Assembly (NCBI GenBank): GCA_951406725.2
Contig: OX597814.1
Span: 47,306,001-47,370,000, forward strand
DNA from: Octopus vulgaris
Taxonomy: Eukaryota
Direction: 5' to 3'
DNA: 64,000 nucleotides
This document shows, in pieces, positions 1 through 11,871 of the stretch. The position numbers and the translations under genes were made by a program. Positions within the stretch are counted from its first letter, which is position 1, and each line of letters begins with the position of its first letter. The notes beneath the pieces were generated by a model. The model did no database searches. It was not told the origin of the DNA and saw only the letters and a program-made list of their open reading frames with translations.

Positions 1-1837
1 TCCACCAAATTCACTCACTTGGGCTGTGTAGTAGAAGACACCAGCCCAAAGTGCTGTGCTGTTGAACTGAATCTGAAACCATATTGTTTGTAAAGCAAGC
101 TTCTTAACCACATAGCCATTATATTTTATATTTAGTACAGGCACAGTCACAGCTGTGTAGTTAGAAGCTTGCTTCAGCACAATGTAGTTCCAGATATTCA
201 CTCTCACTACTTGGTACCTTGAGCTGGTTTCTTTTATCATCACCTTCAATTGAACAATACCTTGTGAGTAGAAGCATATGAGGTGTGAGTGTTCATGCAT
301 GTATGTTTGTATGTTATGTTTTATGTTCATACACTATAGCAAAATATAACATATCTTGCTACAGTGCATGAACATAAAATATTAACATAAAGGAGAAAAA
401 CAAAAACAATTCCTTGAGATATTTGTTCTTCATTGAGTTACAGATGCCTGCTGGTCATTCCTACTGTTACAAAATGAGCCAAGGTGTCACACAATGGGAT
501 CAAACCAGGAAGCTCGTAGTTGAAGAACAAACTTTTTAACCACAATGTCATGTCAACATTCATATATAAATAACCAGTGTGTTAAATCCTTCCCCGTGTG
601 TTTTCTGATAGTTTTTCACAACAGATATTTATGACAGATAACAACTACTGTATCATGGGATTAATTTATGTTAAATCTTGTAATATTTTCCTTTTTGGTC
701 TTGTGGAAGTAATGAGAGTTAGCTATTTACAATTAGTCAGAAAATTTTATGATGGCATTCAGAGTTCTACTAATTCTTCTAATCCCACCCCACTTAATAC
801 AATATCTACCAATAAGATACTGAATTAGATTTAATCAAACTAACTCATCTTCTTCATTTATTTTTACTGTAGTTGCTAATATTGTTTTATTATCATGTTT
901 TTGTAACATTGAGCTTTACTCTAATAAAAATACTAACACTATAGATATATTTATTATAGTTGATCTTATTTATTCCAACTAATATTTGCTTTGCTGCTAT
1001 ATGAAGATCTGTCAGATATTTCTGGTAAAGGAAATAATGAGATGTTTGTGTTTGAGAACAGAAAAGAATAGAATAGAGTAACAGCAATTCACTAGTTTAT
1101 TTTGACACTTTGTTAATCTTCATCCTGCCTGGAGCATCCTTATTGCTTTGTGCATCCTTATGTCAATGTTAAGAATTGGTTGGCAGCTGCTGCTGTTTAG
1201 ATTAGTTGAACATTTCATTTGATATTCAATTTGTCTCTATCTCATTCACTCACTCTCTCCCTCACACACACACACATACACAAACACACAGCATGATAAA
1301 CAACAAAAGTTAAAGATAATACCAGGGGCAAGGCTATGCATGCTTTACAAAAGCTCTGAATGAATTTTAAATAACAAGGGAATACAAGCCTGCTACTGAT
1401 TGAGTTGCGTGTGAAAGAGTTAAAGAGTTGGATTTTAAAATCTCCTTTGGTTCAACAGAAAATTGTGATTAAATTTTGGGATTAATCTCATAATGGTAAT
1501 CAGTCTGTGTATGTGTTTGTGCGTGCGTACTTGTCACATCACAACATTTTCAGAATTATTGTTTGTCTCTCTGTTCATCTGTTATTGTGCAACTTAAATC
1601 ATTCACTTGCAGCATTTACTAACTAATAATAATGTGTGTAGTGGGTTGACATGTCAGTAGAGTATTTAGGTTTAGAAGATCTGAAAGGTCTGTCCTAGAA
1701 CTAAGTACATAGTTTGAATAATAAAGTTTCAGAAGTCTACATCTGTGTCTGGAATCTATAACATTGATCTTAAATCCCTGTCTGATTCCGTAAGACTGCT
1801 GTGTATGTGCAGCATGCACCCAAGTTTATATATATAT

Positions 1838-2024
1838 CGCGTGTGTACTGTTGGCGATTTTTTCTTTTCCTCTGTCTTCCCTTCTCTGGATCTTTCCTTC
1901 TATGTTTCCGACGAAGAGCTCCGCTCGAAACGTTAAACCCTCCTTCTTTCCTGAGCGTCCAATAATACTATATTTGTTCCACGTCCTCGCATTGTTGTGT
2001 TTTTTTGTGCTTTCATGTTTGGAT

Positions 2025-2029
<5 letters not shown>
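1838..2029 (+). mobile_element. Short non-coding element between (TA)n tracts with a minimal hammerhead-like motif (Penelope-related)
   Basis: CpG-rich island bounded by TA repeats. Contains GTTT-CCGACGA-A-GAGC(TCC)GCTC-GAAACGT-T-AAAC at 1904-1938. Confidence 0.55.
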
Positions 2030-2062
<33 letters not shown>

Positions 2063-2862
2063 TAATTCTCAGTCTTATCATTAGTGGTGCAAAGCTGAGT
2101 ATTACCGTTTTGGTTGATAACTGATGAAGAATTAGAGACCCTCTGTGTCTGTCTCCCACCCAGTTGTACACTCAGTATACATATATGTTTTTCATCTGTC
2201 GTTTATTTACAATGCATTTTTTCATTTATTAAGTAATGGTATGCAATATATATATACACACACACACATATACATACATAGATATGTGTGTTTGGAGATA
2301 AGTATGTCAAGTTCGCAACTCAATCTTGATTAATAACCGGAGCCACTTCAATTGATTTATGTATTAAATGCTTTCAGAAAAGACTTGATTGTTGTTACAG
2401 CATCTCATTTCCCTTTCAATATATTTCTAATTTCACATGCAGAAATATGAAAAATGATGAGTATTTTTTGATATAGGATAGTAAAAATATTAGGTGTTTT
2501 ACATTTCTCATTTGGTGCCTGAGATTTTCACATTGATATCCCACTGGGGTAAACTCTACATTTCATGTTTATGGAATCAATAAATAAACATCAAAAATAT
2601 ATACCGATATCAATTATAACAATTGGCCTTCTGCCCATTCAAATAAAATCATTATTAGTGTAGTTTTATAGGAATACATTGATACATACATACAACAACC
2701 AGAATCATCTAACATTATTTAATTGCATTTGATAAATTAATCTTAAATGGTGCATGGTATAACTGTGCACTTTTGTGTTTGCTATTAACTTATTGAAATA
2801 CTGAAACCAGATACATAAGATTAATCCTTACCCGAAAGTATACATATATTTATTATATATGA

Positions 2863-2865
<3 letters not shown>

Positions 2866-2935
<70 letters not shown>
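2866..2935. repeat. (GT)n(AT)n compound microsatellite
   Basis: Direct reading. Similar tracts at 2030-2058, 27184-27210, 37670-37705 and 54719-54772. Confidence 0.95.
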
Positions 2936-2937
<2 letters not shown>

Positions 2938-3322
2938 CGCAGGAGTGGCTGTGTGGTAAGTAGCTTGCTTACCAACCACATGGTTCCGGGTTCAGTCCCA
3001 CTGCGTGGCATCTTGGGCAAGTGTCTTCTGCTATAGCCTCGGGCCGACCAATGCCTTGTGAGTGGATTTGGTAGACGGAAACTGAAAGAAGCCTGTCGTA
3101 TATATGTAAATATATATGTGTGTATATATGTTTGTGTGTCTGTGTTTGTCCCCCTTGACAACCGATGCTAGTGTGTTTACGTCCCCGTCACTTAGCGGTT
3201 CGGCAAAAAGACTGATAAAATAAGTACTGGGCTTACAAAGAGTAAGACCTGGGGTCGATTTGGTCGACTAAAGGCGGTGCTCCAGCATGGCCGCAGTCAA
3301 ATGACTGAAACAAGTAAAAGAG
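2936..3322 (+). mobile_element. tRNA-derived SINE, family A (octopus OK/OR-type), full length
   Basis: A box TGGCTGTGTGG, B box GGTTCAGTCCC, internal (TA)/(GT) tract and GAAACAAGTAAAAGAG tail. Near-identical copies at 54312, 58930 (-) and 59868. Confidence 0.9.
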
Positions 3323-3339
3323 TATATATAGGTACTGGC

Positions 3340-3752
3340 ATACAGACAGCTGTGTGATTAAGAATCTCCCTTTGCAACCATGTGGTTTTGTGCTCAAATC
3401 CCATTTGTGACATCTCAGGCAAGTTCTTCTACTGTAGCCTCAGGCCAACCAATGCCTTGTGAATGGATCTGGTAGGCAGAAACTGTACTGAAGCTCATTG
3501 TAAGTGCATGTGTGTGTGTGTACATATTCTATTGTGTTTGTCTTCCACCACCACCACCATTTGACAACCAGTGTTGGTTTACTTATGTTTCCATAACTTA
3601 GTAGTTTAACAAAAAAGACCAATAGAATAAGTACCAAACTTTTAAAAAAGAATAAAGTACTGGGGTCACTTTGTTTGACTACAATCCTTCAAGCTGGTAC
3701 CCCAGCATAACTGCAGTCCGGTGACTGAATCATGTAAAAGAAGAGATAAAAG
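3340..3752 (+). mobile_element. SINE family A, older diverged copy
   Basis: Colinear with 2936-3322, with CpG decayed to TG/CA. Lies immediately in tandem. Confidence 0.8.
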
Positions 3753-4419
3753 ATACATATCAATTTACTTGTTTGCAGTATCCCATTTATAAGAGAGAGA
3801 GAGTTAGGTAGCATATATAAGCTTTTTTTGTCTAGCTTACATATTTTCTTTGAGACTGGATTCTACGCTCTTTTATGCTAGTAAATTTCAGTTATCTACT
3901 TGAAAAAAATTATTTCTCTTACCACTCTGAATATTCCCCAGCTACAGAAAAGGAAACTCTAACTGATCAGTTATGTTCTGTTAGTGATAGGCCTAACAGG
4001 CTTCCCAGTTTACCTCACTTCCTTGTCGTTGTGTTCTTTTGATAGAGTTTAAGTCAGTTAAATTGTAACTACATCAGTTCTACATTGACTGCTCTAAGGG
4101 AGTTAAGTGGATAGCAAATTAACATCTTTCCTGAGTAAATCAATCCACATCACTCGTACAACTAAAGCCAACGACTTCAAAAATCCCAAGTAATTGTAGT
4201 GATTTATTTTCCTTATACTGAGTACAAGGAAAATCACTACTAGCAGTATCACTACAAAATTACCCACCATCTCAAACTAGAAGGAGCGTATCCTCTAAAG
4301 CTTTTAAGATGTCAGTTTAGAAAGTAATGGATTTTTTCATGCATCTCACAGCCTGTAAGATCTCACCTCCAAAACATAGGTCACCATTGGATGAAAGTAC
4401 AGCATAGAGGTGAGGTTTT

Positions 4420-4900
4420 CAACAGTAGAGGATGAGCCAAGAAGCACTTCCACAACAATCTTAATGAGTAACGAACTGATCCTCAAACTAAACTAATCTA
4501 CCTTAGTTGAAGGATAATAAGAATTAAGATTGTAGACATCTCCCCAGAAGGAAAGATCTTTTGGTTGTTGATAGCTGTATTGTTTGACATATAGGACAAA
4601 ACTCGATATTTTGCGGGACCAGAGGCTGCAGAAGCAAAATTGATTAAGCCAAAGGATGAAAATATTAATCTAAATGGATCACCCAGGCGTGGAATCCATC
4701 CTGAACTTGATTTACCAGATGACATGGTCATTGAGGGCAGAGAGCTAAGATGTCACTTGTTTGATGACAAAAACCGTCTCAAGGTTTTCTGTCCACTGCA
4801 GAAGAGGCAAGAAGCAAGTCTTCATCGCCATCACCATCATCACCACAACGGGGAAAAACAGGGACAGGACCAACAGTAACTTGCGGCCCCATCAGCAAAT
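4420..4900 (+). pseudogene. Probable decayed ORF1 (gag-like) of the downstream Tx1/L1-like LINE
   Basis: DLPDDMVIEGRELRCHLFDDKNRLKVFCP resembles a degenerate zinc knuckle. Sits just upstream of the APE domain on the same strand and is followed by low-complexity Thr/Gln-type sequence. Confidence 0.45.
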
Positions 4901-5599
4901 GCAGCACTAAAAACCAACAGCCACCAATTAGTAATAATAATAGCACCACCACCACCAACAACAACAGTGGAAACAAAACAACAAACACTGCTCTTAAGGG
5001 ATATCACATCACCAACTGCAACTGAAAGCTTCCAAACAATAACAATTGAATAAAATGACAATGACCCCCAAGACATGCTATTCAGACATATCGTGTGGCG
5101 AAGGTAGCGGGGAAGAAAACAAATGGCAAAAATTAACAAACGAAAAATGGGAAAGGAAAATAACACGCCAACAAAACAAAAAAAAAAAACTGGGTGATTC
5201 AAATTAATGGAACAGACACTATAAACAACAACACTCAAGCTGCCTAAACTATCATCACAATCACCCACAACCATTTCAAACACCAGCCAATTCCATTCTG
5301 CACCCAAGTAACAACAGTAACAGAGAAACGTCATCAACATCGCGGCCATAAATACAAACAACAACAATTAATGAAACGCATGCATCAATACCAAAATATT
5401 ACTAAAAGTGATTTCATTGCAACATGTATATAAATTATCCAAAAACACAAAATAAATATAACACCATAAAAATACAAGTATGCCAATGGAGGGAACATCA
5501 AACATGACTTTATAAAGAACTGCTTGTGGAAACACCCACAGTTAGCCTGAGGAACTGAACGTCTGTTCCTTCCACAAAATTAATGTAAATCTTTCTCGT

Positions 5600-7690
5600 T
5601 TTCCACTTTCTGTCTAACATAGTCTGTAAATACACGTATCCTAGAGACGCCTTGGAAGCAGAGCCAACTGCTCAATAGCATCAGGCCACTAGACATACAT
5701 GAGGTGGCCATCATTGAGACAAGAACTTCCGATTCACGAGCTCTCACCTCAATTTTCGCTGGATACAAGATTTACTTACTTGAAAGTCGATCGAGAATGA
5801 AGGTGGGGGTGGAATTTGCTGTGTTGTTTCCAAAAGCTCTGGTTCTCACAATACAGATCATCTTGTTGATTCAGAAGGCAAGTTGGTGTCCCTAGACGTG
5901 ATCGGCAGTGAAGGCCATACCTTCAGATTTATAGCTGTCTATAGCTCAATAGGAAACGAGTGGACAGATTTCTTAAGTGTCTGGAGTGTTTCGTTGGAAC
6001 CCAAACAGATATGTGTGGCTTTTCAGCACCACTTCACTCGAGTATTCGAGACGAATGGCAAGCCGGGGATTGCAGAATAGACTTTTTGTGCCTACCTCGA
6101 TAGCCTGCCTCAGTACTCGATTTGAGTGGCGGATCGTTGCAAAAAACAGATAACAGCTGCAGAAATACAGAAAACGATGGCTGGCTGCACGGCAGGCTAA
6201 TCGTCTCGTTTAGATGGACTGCTCTACGAGCTTTACTTTTGCATGCTAGATTTGTTTACCAACCTTTTACTTGTTATTTACCGTAACTGGCTTCAGAAGG
6301 GGAGTATCCTCTGTTTTATGAGTGGAGGAGCGGTGGAGTTGCTGAGAAAGTACCCAAATAAGTTGGGGACAGAATAATTTCAGTTCATAACTCTGTTAAA
6401 TGCAGGTGCTTGTCATTGGTCAATTGGTAATGTGCAAACATGCGATATCCAAAACAAGTGTATACATGATAGTTTCTATTTCATGCAATACATCATAGAA
6501 AGATTAAGTAAGGAATCGGACATGGGTGGGTCCCTGGTCAATTTGGATCGATCGAAGGCTTTCAGTAGGGCCGATCATTAATACTTGGTGGCTGTTCTCA
6601 TGGCAGCCAGTTTCATTCCCGTCTTCCGCGGATGGATTGCTGTAGTGGTTATGGTGAATGGTCAGTTATCTGAATTATTCGGCATCACGCGATCGATCCA
6701 TCATGGTTTTCCCCTCTCGTCTCTTCTGTTTGTATTAACTCTTGACCCACTACTGCAGAAACTAATGTCATTGAGGGGCAACCTGCTTTAACCAGGATGC
6801 AAAAGAAACGTGCCGGCATAGGCGGTTAACGTTACTGTCTTAGTGTAGGAGTCAAACTAATCGAGGTAATTGGCACTGCTTTAAGGAATCACGACGCGGT
6901 GACAGGAGTAAAAAATCATCCAAGAAGTTACTGGGCCTGCAGCTTGGCAGCACCTGGAGGGGTTGATTCATGCCATCCAACAGTGATGTACGGATCTCCA
7001 AGTGGAGAATAACTAGGACAAGGTGACGAACAGAATTACTAATTTCACACAGAAATGGACCACAGCTTTCCCCGAAAGGATGAATAGAGGTGGCAAACGC
7101 TTAGATCGCTTTTGTCTTATATTACTGCCTGATCGTTGTTGTGCCTTGCCCAGTTTACGTCTGACCAGGCTGGGGAGTCTGCGCTTCACTTTCTGTGGAA
7201 GGGACACGTTGCGCTGGTCAGGTGCTTTATTTGCTGTCAACACCCCTGAGTGGAGGACTAGGCATGTTGTGGCTGGTGATACGTAGATATGCGCTGAGGC
7301 TGCGACATCTCCAGCATTCCTTGGATATTTCCAACAGCTCGTCTCTCTGATAAAGATTGCAGTCCTGGGTCAAGGAAAGATAAAAAATGTGCGCTTGGTA
7401 TCTGGAATGTGGTCAGGTGCTCACAGTCCTGTACTAATTGGACTGTGCGATCATTGGAATTTCCACTATAGTGTTCTAGAGGATTAGTAGCAACCAAGAA
7501 CGATGACGTTCTTGGGAAGAACTTGGGCATCGACGAAAATCAACTAGCTGGTCTGTTCTGGAGGGCTTTTGGGCCGCTGCCCATGGATAATTTCCAAAGA
7601 TTCCTGGCCTTACAATACTACCAGTGGAGTATTGCCAGCTCGACATAAACTCGCTGTCACCCAGGCCTGCCCGAAACGCTCCTTATTGTG
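5600..7690 (+). mobile_element. Decayed Tx1/L1-clade non-LTR retrotransposon ORF2 (APE + RT + C-terminal region, internally deleted)
   Basis: APE-like SVNTR...EVAIIETR. RT motifs LVNLDRSKAFSRADH and RSIHHGFPLSSLLFVLTLDPLL (cf. LDQ.KAFDRV / SVRQGCPLSPLL). C-terminal RYALRLRHL and FGPLPMDNFQRFLA. Many stops and frameshifts. Confidence 0.85.
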
Positions 7691-8449
7691 ATCCCACATT
7701 GTATCGTCCTATGTCGTTCTGATCTTTTAGCGAACCTTAGTGATTACTGAGGAAATTGTCGAGGATCTTTTCTGGTTGGCTACCAATTTTCGATCTCTTC
7801 AATTTCTGTTCGAATTGAGTTTATATTCGGTGTAATGATATAGTTTTATATGCTAGTCAATGCCATGAAATTCATTTTCGCCCAATATCAATGAATAAAG
7901 AGTTATTAACTTTTAATTTGTTAATTTTGGGTAAATTTAGCTAATCGTAAGCCACAGACACATTTATGCTTGTTTCCATAGAAACAAGCCAAACATGAGA
8001 ACTCTTTTGTCTGCAAGATAGCATGAGTGTTTACAAATATGTTCTACGCGAAATGTGCCCATTTGCTGCTTGTACCCTGGTCGAGAGATGTGCTAAAAAT
8101 AACAGCCAAATAGGCCTCAAATCACGAACACCCATTTTTTTTGTTTTGGGGGTGGGGTTGCATAATCGTATGAATTCCCTAGTGTAGAATACAAATTCGC
8201 AAACATTTTCTGAAAATTCAAAAAAATAACGAAGTTGATTTATTATTTACAGTGCTATTTTCAGAATATTGGTAATCCATGCTGCCACGCACAAAATGAT
8301 AGCTTCCAAATCCTGTTTTCTGACTTGATGAAAATTATCAAACTTTCCCCCTATAACATTTTTTAAAAAATTTCTGGAAAAATTTAAATATTTCCAGAGA
8401 TTTAGATTGCAAAACTACGTTAATACACCAAAATCATTACCGCACCGGG

Positions 8450-8610
8450 TAAAATGCTAAGCGGCATTTCGTCCGTCTTTACGTTCAAATTCCGCCTGGG
8501 TCGACTTTGCCTTTCATCCGTTCAGGGCCACAGTCAAGTACTGGGGTCGATGAAATTGACTTATCCCCTTTCCCTGAACTTACTGGCCTTGTACCAGTTT
8601 GAAATCATTA
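8450..8610 (+). mobile_element. SINE family B partial copy
   Basis: AAATGCT..CGGCATTTCGTCCG...TTCAAATTCCGCC...GTCGACTTTGCCTTTCATCC, shared with 13996 and 25647. Confidence 0.7.
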
Positions 8611-10192
8611 TTGTTTTGTTGTTGTTGTCCACAAACTCTATTATAAAAATGACTACAGATAGGGTTGTTCCTCCAACCTGGCGTCTACATTCATTCATAT
8701 TAGTGGCTCTCTCGGTGTATCCCTGGATGAACGGTTAATGTGACATCGCACGACTGGGCAATTCACGTTCTAGAAATTAGATCTTGCGTAGACAAAACTA
8801 TACGTATATATATATATAACCCAGATAAATACTTCCTGCCCAATTGCTTAAAAGTACTTCATGTGTAGTGTTCCTGTAAACAAAGGAAAAATATTGTATT
8901 AAAGTACGAATCGGACAGAAGTTGTAAATTTTTTCTTCTTATGTATAAGATACGGGTTTGTCTCGTTTATTAGTACATCGTAAATGTTTTTATGAAGTGT
9001 TCGTTTTGCATTTTAAAAGTTAATCTTTTGTTGCAAATATTCATCAACTTACAATTCATTCTGTTTTGTTTTGTTTTTTTATGGCTTTGTGTGAATGGTA
9101 GGTGTGATACTGATGACCTGCCTTATTTTAATGACCTTCCACCCTCCACCTCTCCACCACTAAAATATATTATGTGGGTCGAGTTATGCTATTAACTCGA
9201 CCCACCACCGACCTACCTGCAACTTGCACTACAATCCATACCATTATTTAACCTTACTACTAAAACTGCAACGACTATACACATTACATTCAACAACAGC
9301 AGTAGTAGTAGTAGTAGTAGTAGTAGTCGTAGTTTATATTCTTTTGGTAGAATTACTTCCAGTTTAATGAACTTTAAAGCATTTTTCAATCCTTCGTTGT
9401 TTTCGTTTCTGTTTTTTTTTTCTTTTTTTCTTTCGCTACATTTTTTTAAAAGTCTTAATTACTTGATAATTAAGAGAATGGTTTGATGGCAATTAATTAA
9501 ATTTTAATTAGTCTCAAATGCTGTGTGATGAATAAAAAAAAAGAAAAAAAAATTTCACTAATAATTCACTTTCTCTTTTCCTCCACCTCCTCCGCCTCCT
9601 TTGTAAGATGTCACATACAATTTCAGAGAACTTAGTATACAGCCTTATTCAACCTTTAATCAGTTTGTACTGAGTCACCTTAAAGGAAGTTACACCTCCC
9701 CTCTCACTCCTTGAGTCCTTGTGCTTACTTAACCCTATGTTATTTTTTGCTTTTAGTTGGGTTTTTTTTTTTGTATGTTTGGGTTTTTTCGGCGACGATG
9801 TCTTCTTTTCTCTCTCCGTGTTACCCCTTCACACCCCAGATTTGATGGTACACACCGACTGACTATTGAGAGGCGACTTAATTATTCTGTACTAAGTGAC
9901 CGCTTCGGCATTTTTGTCTGGTTATCTTAAATAGGAGCGATGCGCACGCGAGTATTTGCAATGTTTGTGTCTGTTTATGTGTGTGCACGATCATCAATTG
10001 TGGGAATGCTTCGCGCAAACACGACCGTTTCTTTAACCAAATACGAGGTTCTCTCCAATCTGCTTTGTCTAATATTGTTCCAAAATTTCGATCAACAGAT
10101 CATATTGGAGGTTATGTCTATTTATTTATATATATATATGTTGCTTGGATGAACTCAGCTGATCATAGTCTTTTCAATTCATTACATCCATT

Positions 10193-10341
10193 ACGCCATC
10201 TAGCTTAATGGTAGAGTACTAAGCTGGAATTTGAGGGGTACGGGTTACACTCCCGTAGCCGCGTGCTAGTAATTTTTTTTTTCAAGGCGGTGCTCCAGTA
10301 TGGCCGCGGTCAAATGACTGAAACAAGTAAAAGGTAAAAGG
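10193..10341 (+). mobile_element. Chimeric SINE: distinct tRNA-like head + T-run + family A 3' tail
   Basis: TAGCTTAATGGTAGAG A box, GGGTTACACTCCC B-box-like motif and ACGC/GCGT terminal pairing, then a T run and CAAGGCGGTGCTCCAG..GACTGAAACAAGTAAAAGG. Confidence 0.6.
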
Positions 10342-11482
10342 TACATATGAAGGACCATACTGTATTTACTTTTAGTATACAAAACGTAATACCCTGAGGT
10401 ATCTTCTCTCAGCCATTATTGTTAATGCTTGATGTGAATTAGTATTTGTGCCTCAAGTCTTTATTATAAATAGATACACGCTAATATACATTATTTTTTT
10501 TTTTATTTTCCTCTGTTTCTTAATGCTTGTTTTATTTCGTTTGAGATAGATAAAGTGTGTGTGCCTGTGCGCGCGCTGTCACTGTTAAATTTTTGATATT
10601 TGTTGAGGCCCGCATGTCAATCGCATGGGGTTTTAAAGATAGAAACGTGAGCAGTTACGGGTTAACCGGCGAACCTCTCTTGGTCGCTCAAACAGAAAAA
10701 GACTAAATCTTTGGAAAGGGAGGACACACACGGAAATGTAAACCTAAATGCACACACTCTCACACAGAGAGAAAAAATATCGGGGATGGTCAATACCGGA
10801 ATACCTTTGATCATAGGTCTGTTCGATGGGGTTGAACAGTAATGATTTATGCATTTATAACCAATTTTAAGAATACAGCCTTACCTCAAGGGTGGGGAAA
10901 CTACCACCAATCACTATAATCCTTGCTGTACTGTATGTTATGAATTCTTCCTGTTCATTGACACACCCACTTTCGGAGCTATGTACCTCATTATTAAATC
11001 TCTTCTCACCCACATCCACCCGTTGTGGTCTGCCGTTTTCAACATCAAAACATCTGAAACGTTATTGAGTAGACCTGAGTTAAATAAACTCAATTCCTTT
11101 TATTAGAGTTTTACGCCTTTATCCCCTTTTATCTTTCTTTTTCTTTTTCATCTGAATTTGTCATGCAAATTCCCTTTGTGGAAAATCGTGTCTTGTTTCT
11201 TAACAAGCCCCACATAACAGTTTGCTAAACTTGAATGCCAGGAGAGGGAGGAGAAAAATTAAGTTCAGTTTTGCGGTACAATTAACATTTTATACACTTA
11301 ATTACCATGTGTCCATTTCAGAACTTCAAACGTCTTATATATATAAAATCTACATAAAAACGACTGTTTAACTAGATCGATTAATCACGCGTTAATTATA
11401 TTATTTTCTTGCATAAATTGTTCAGAATTTTGAGCTTCAATTCCCAAAGTCATCTTTTAGTTTCTCTTTATCTATTCCCTTA

Positions 11483-11690
11483 ACTTTTGCTTGTTTCAGT
11501 CATTAGATTGCGGCTGTGCGCCGTCTTGAAGAATTTTAGCTGAACAAATAGACCCAGTCTTTATTTATTAAAGCCTGGTACTTATTCTATCAGTCACTTT
11601 TGCCGAACCGCTAAGTTACGGGGGCCATAAACACACCAACACCGGTTACCATGCGGTGGTGGTGGGCAAACGTACACACATACTTATATA
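11483..11690 (-). mobile_element. SINE family A, 3' half
   Basis: Reverse complement of the family A tail (TTGTTTCAGTCATT...TTTGCCGAACCGCTAAG). Confidence 0.75.
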
Positions 11691-11871
11691 TGTACAAATT
11701 CACACACTCACACATACCCTGCAGCTTCTCGTTGCTGACCCCACCAAAGGGGAGTAATATCGTTAAAGGCATGAAATTGCTACGATTCTTTAGACGATAA
11801 CTGAACAGGATTTAGCAACATTCTATGTGTGTACTTTCCATTTATTTGTACTTCTATATATTTTTGAACAC

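Noticed and set aside
2120-2131. CTGATGAAGG hammerhead-like start
   Set aside because: No stem II closure or GAAA follows; at most a truncated remnant.
4840-5367. 175 aa hydrophobic ORF on the minus strand
   Set aside because: Antisense reading of A/C-rich low-complexity LINE sequence; no domain or splice support.
10193-10264. Possible tRNA gene
   Set aside because: The B box deviates (GGTTACACTCC), the acceptor stem is imperfect and it is fused to a SINE tail, so it is treated as a SINE head.
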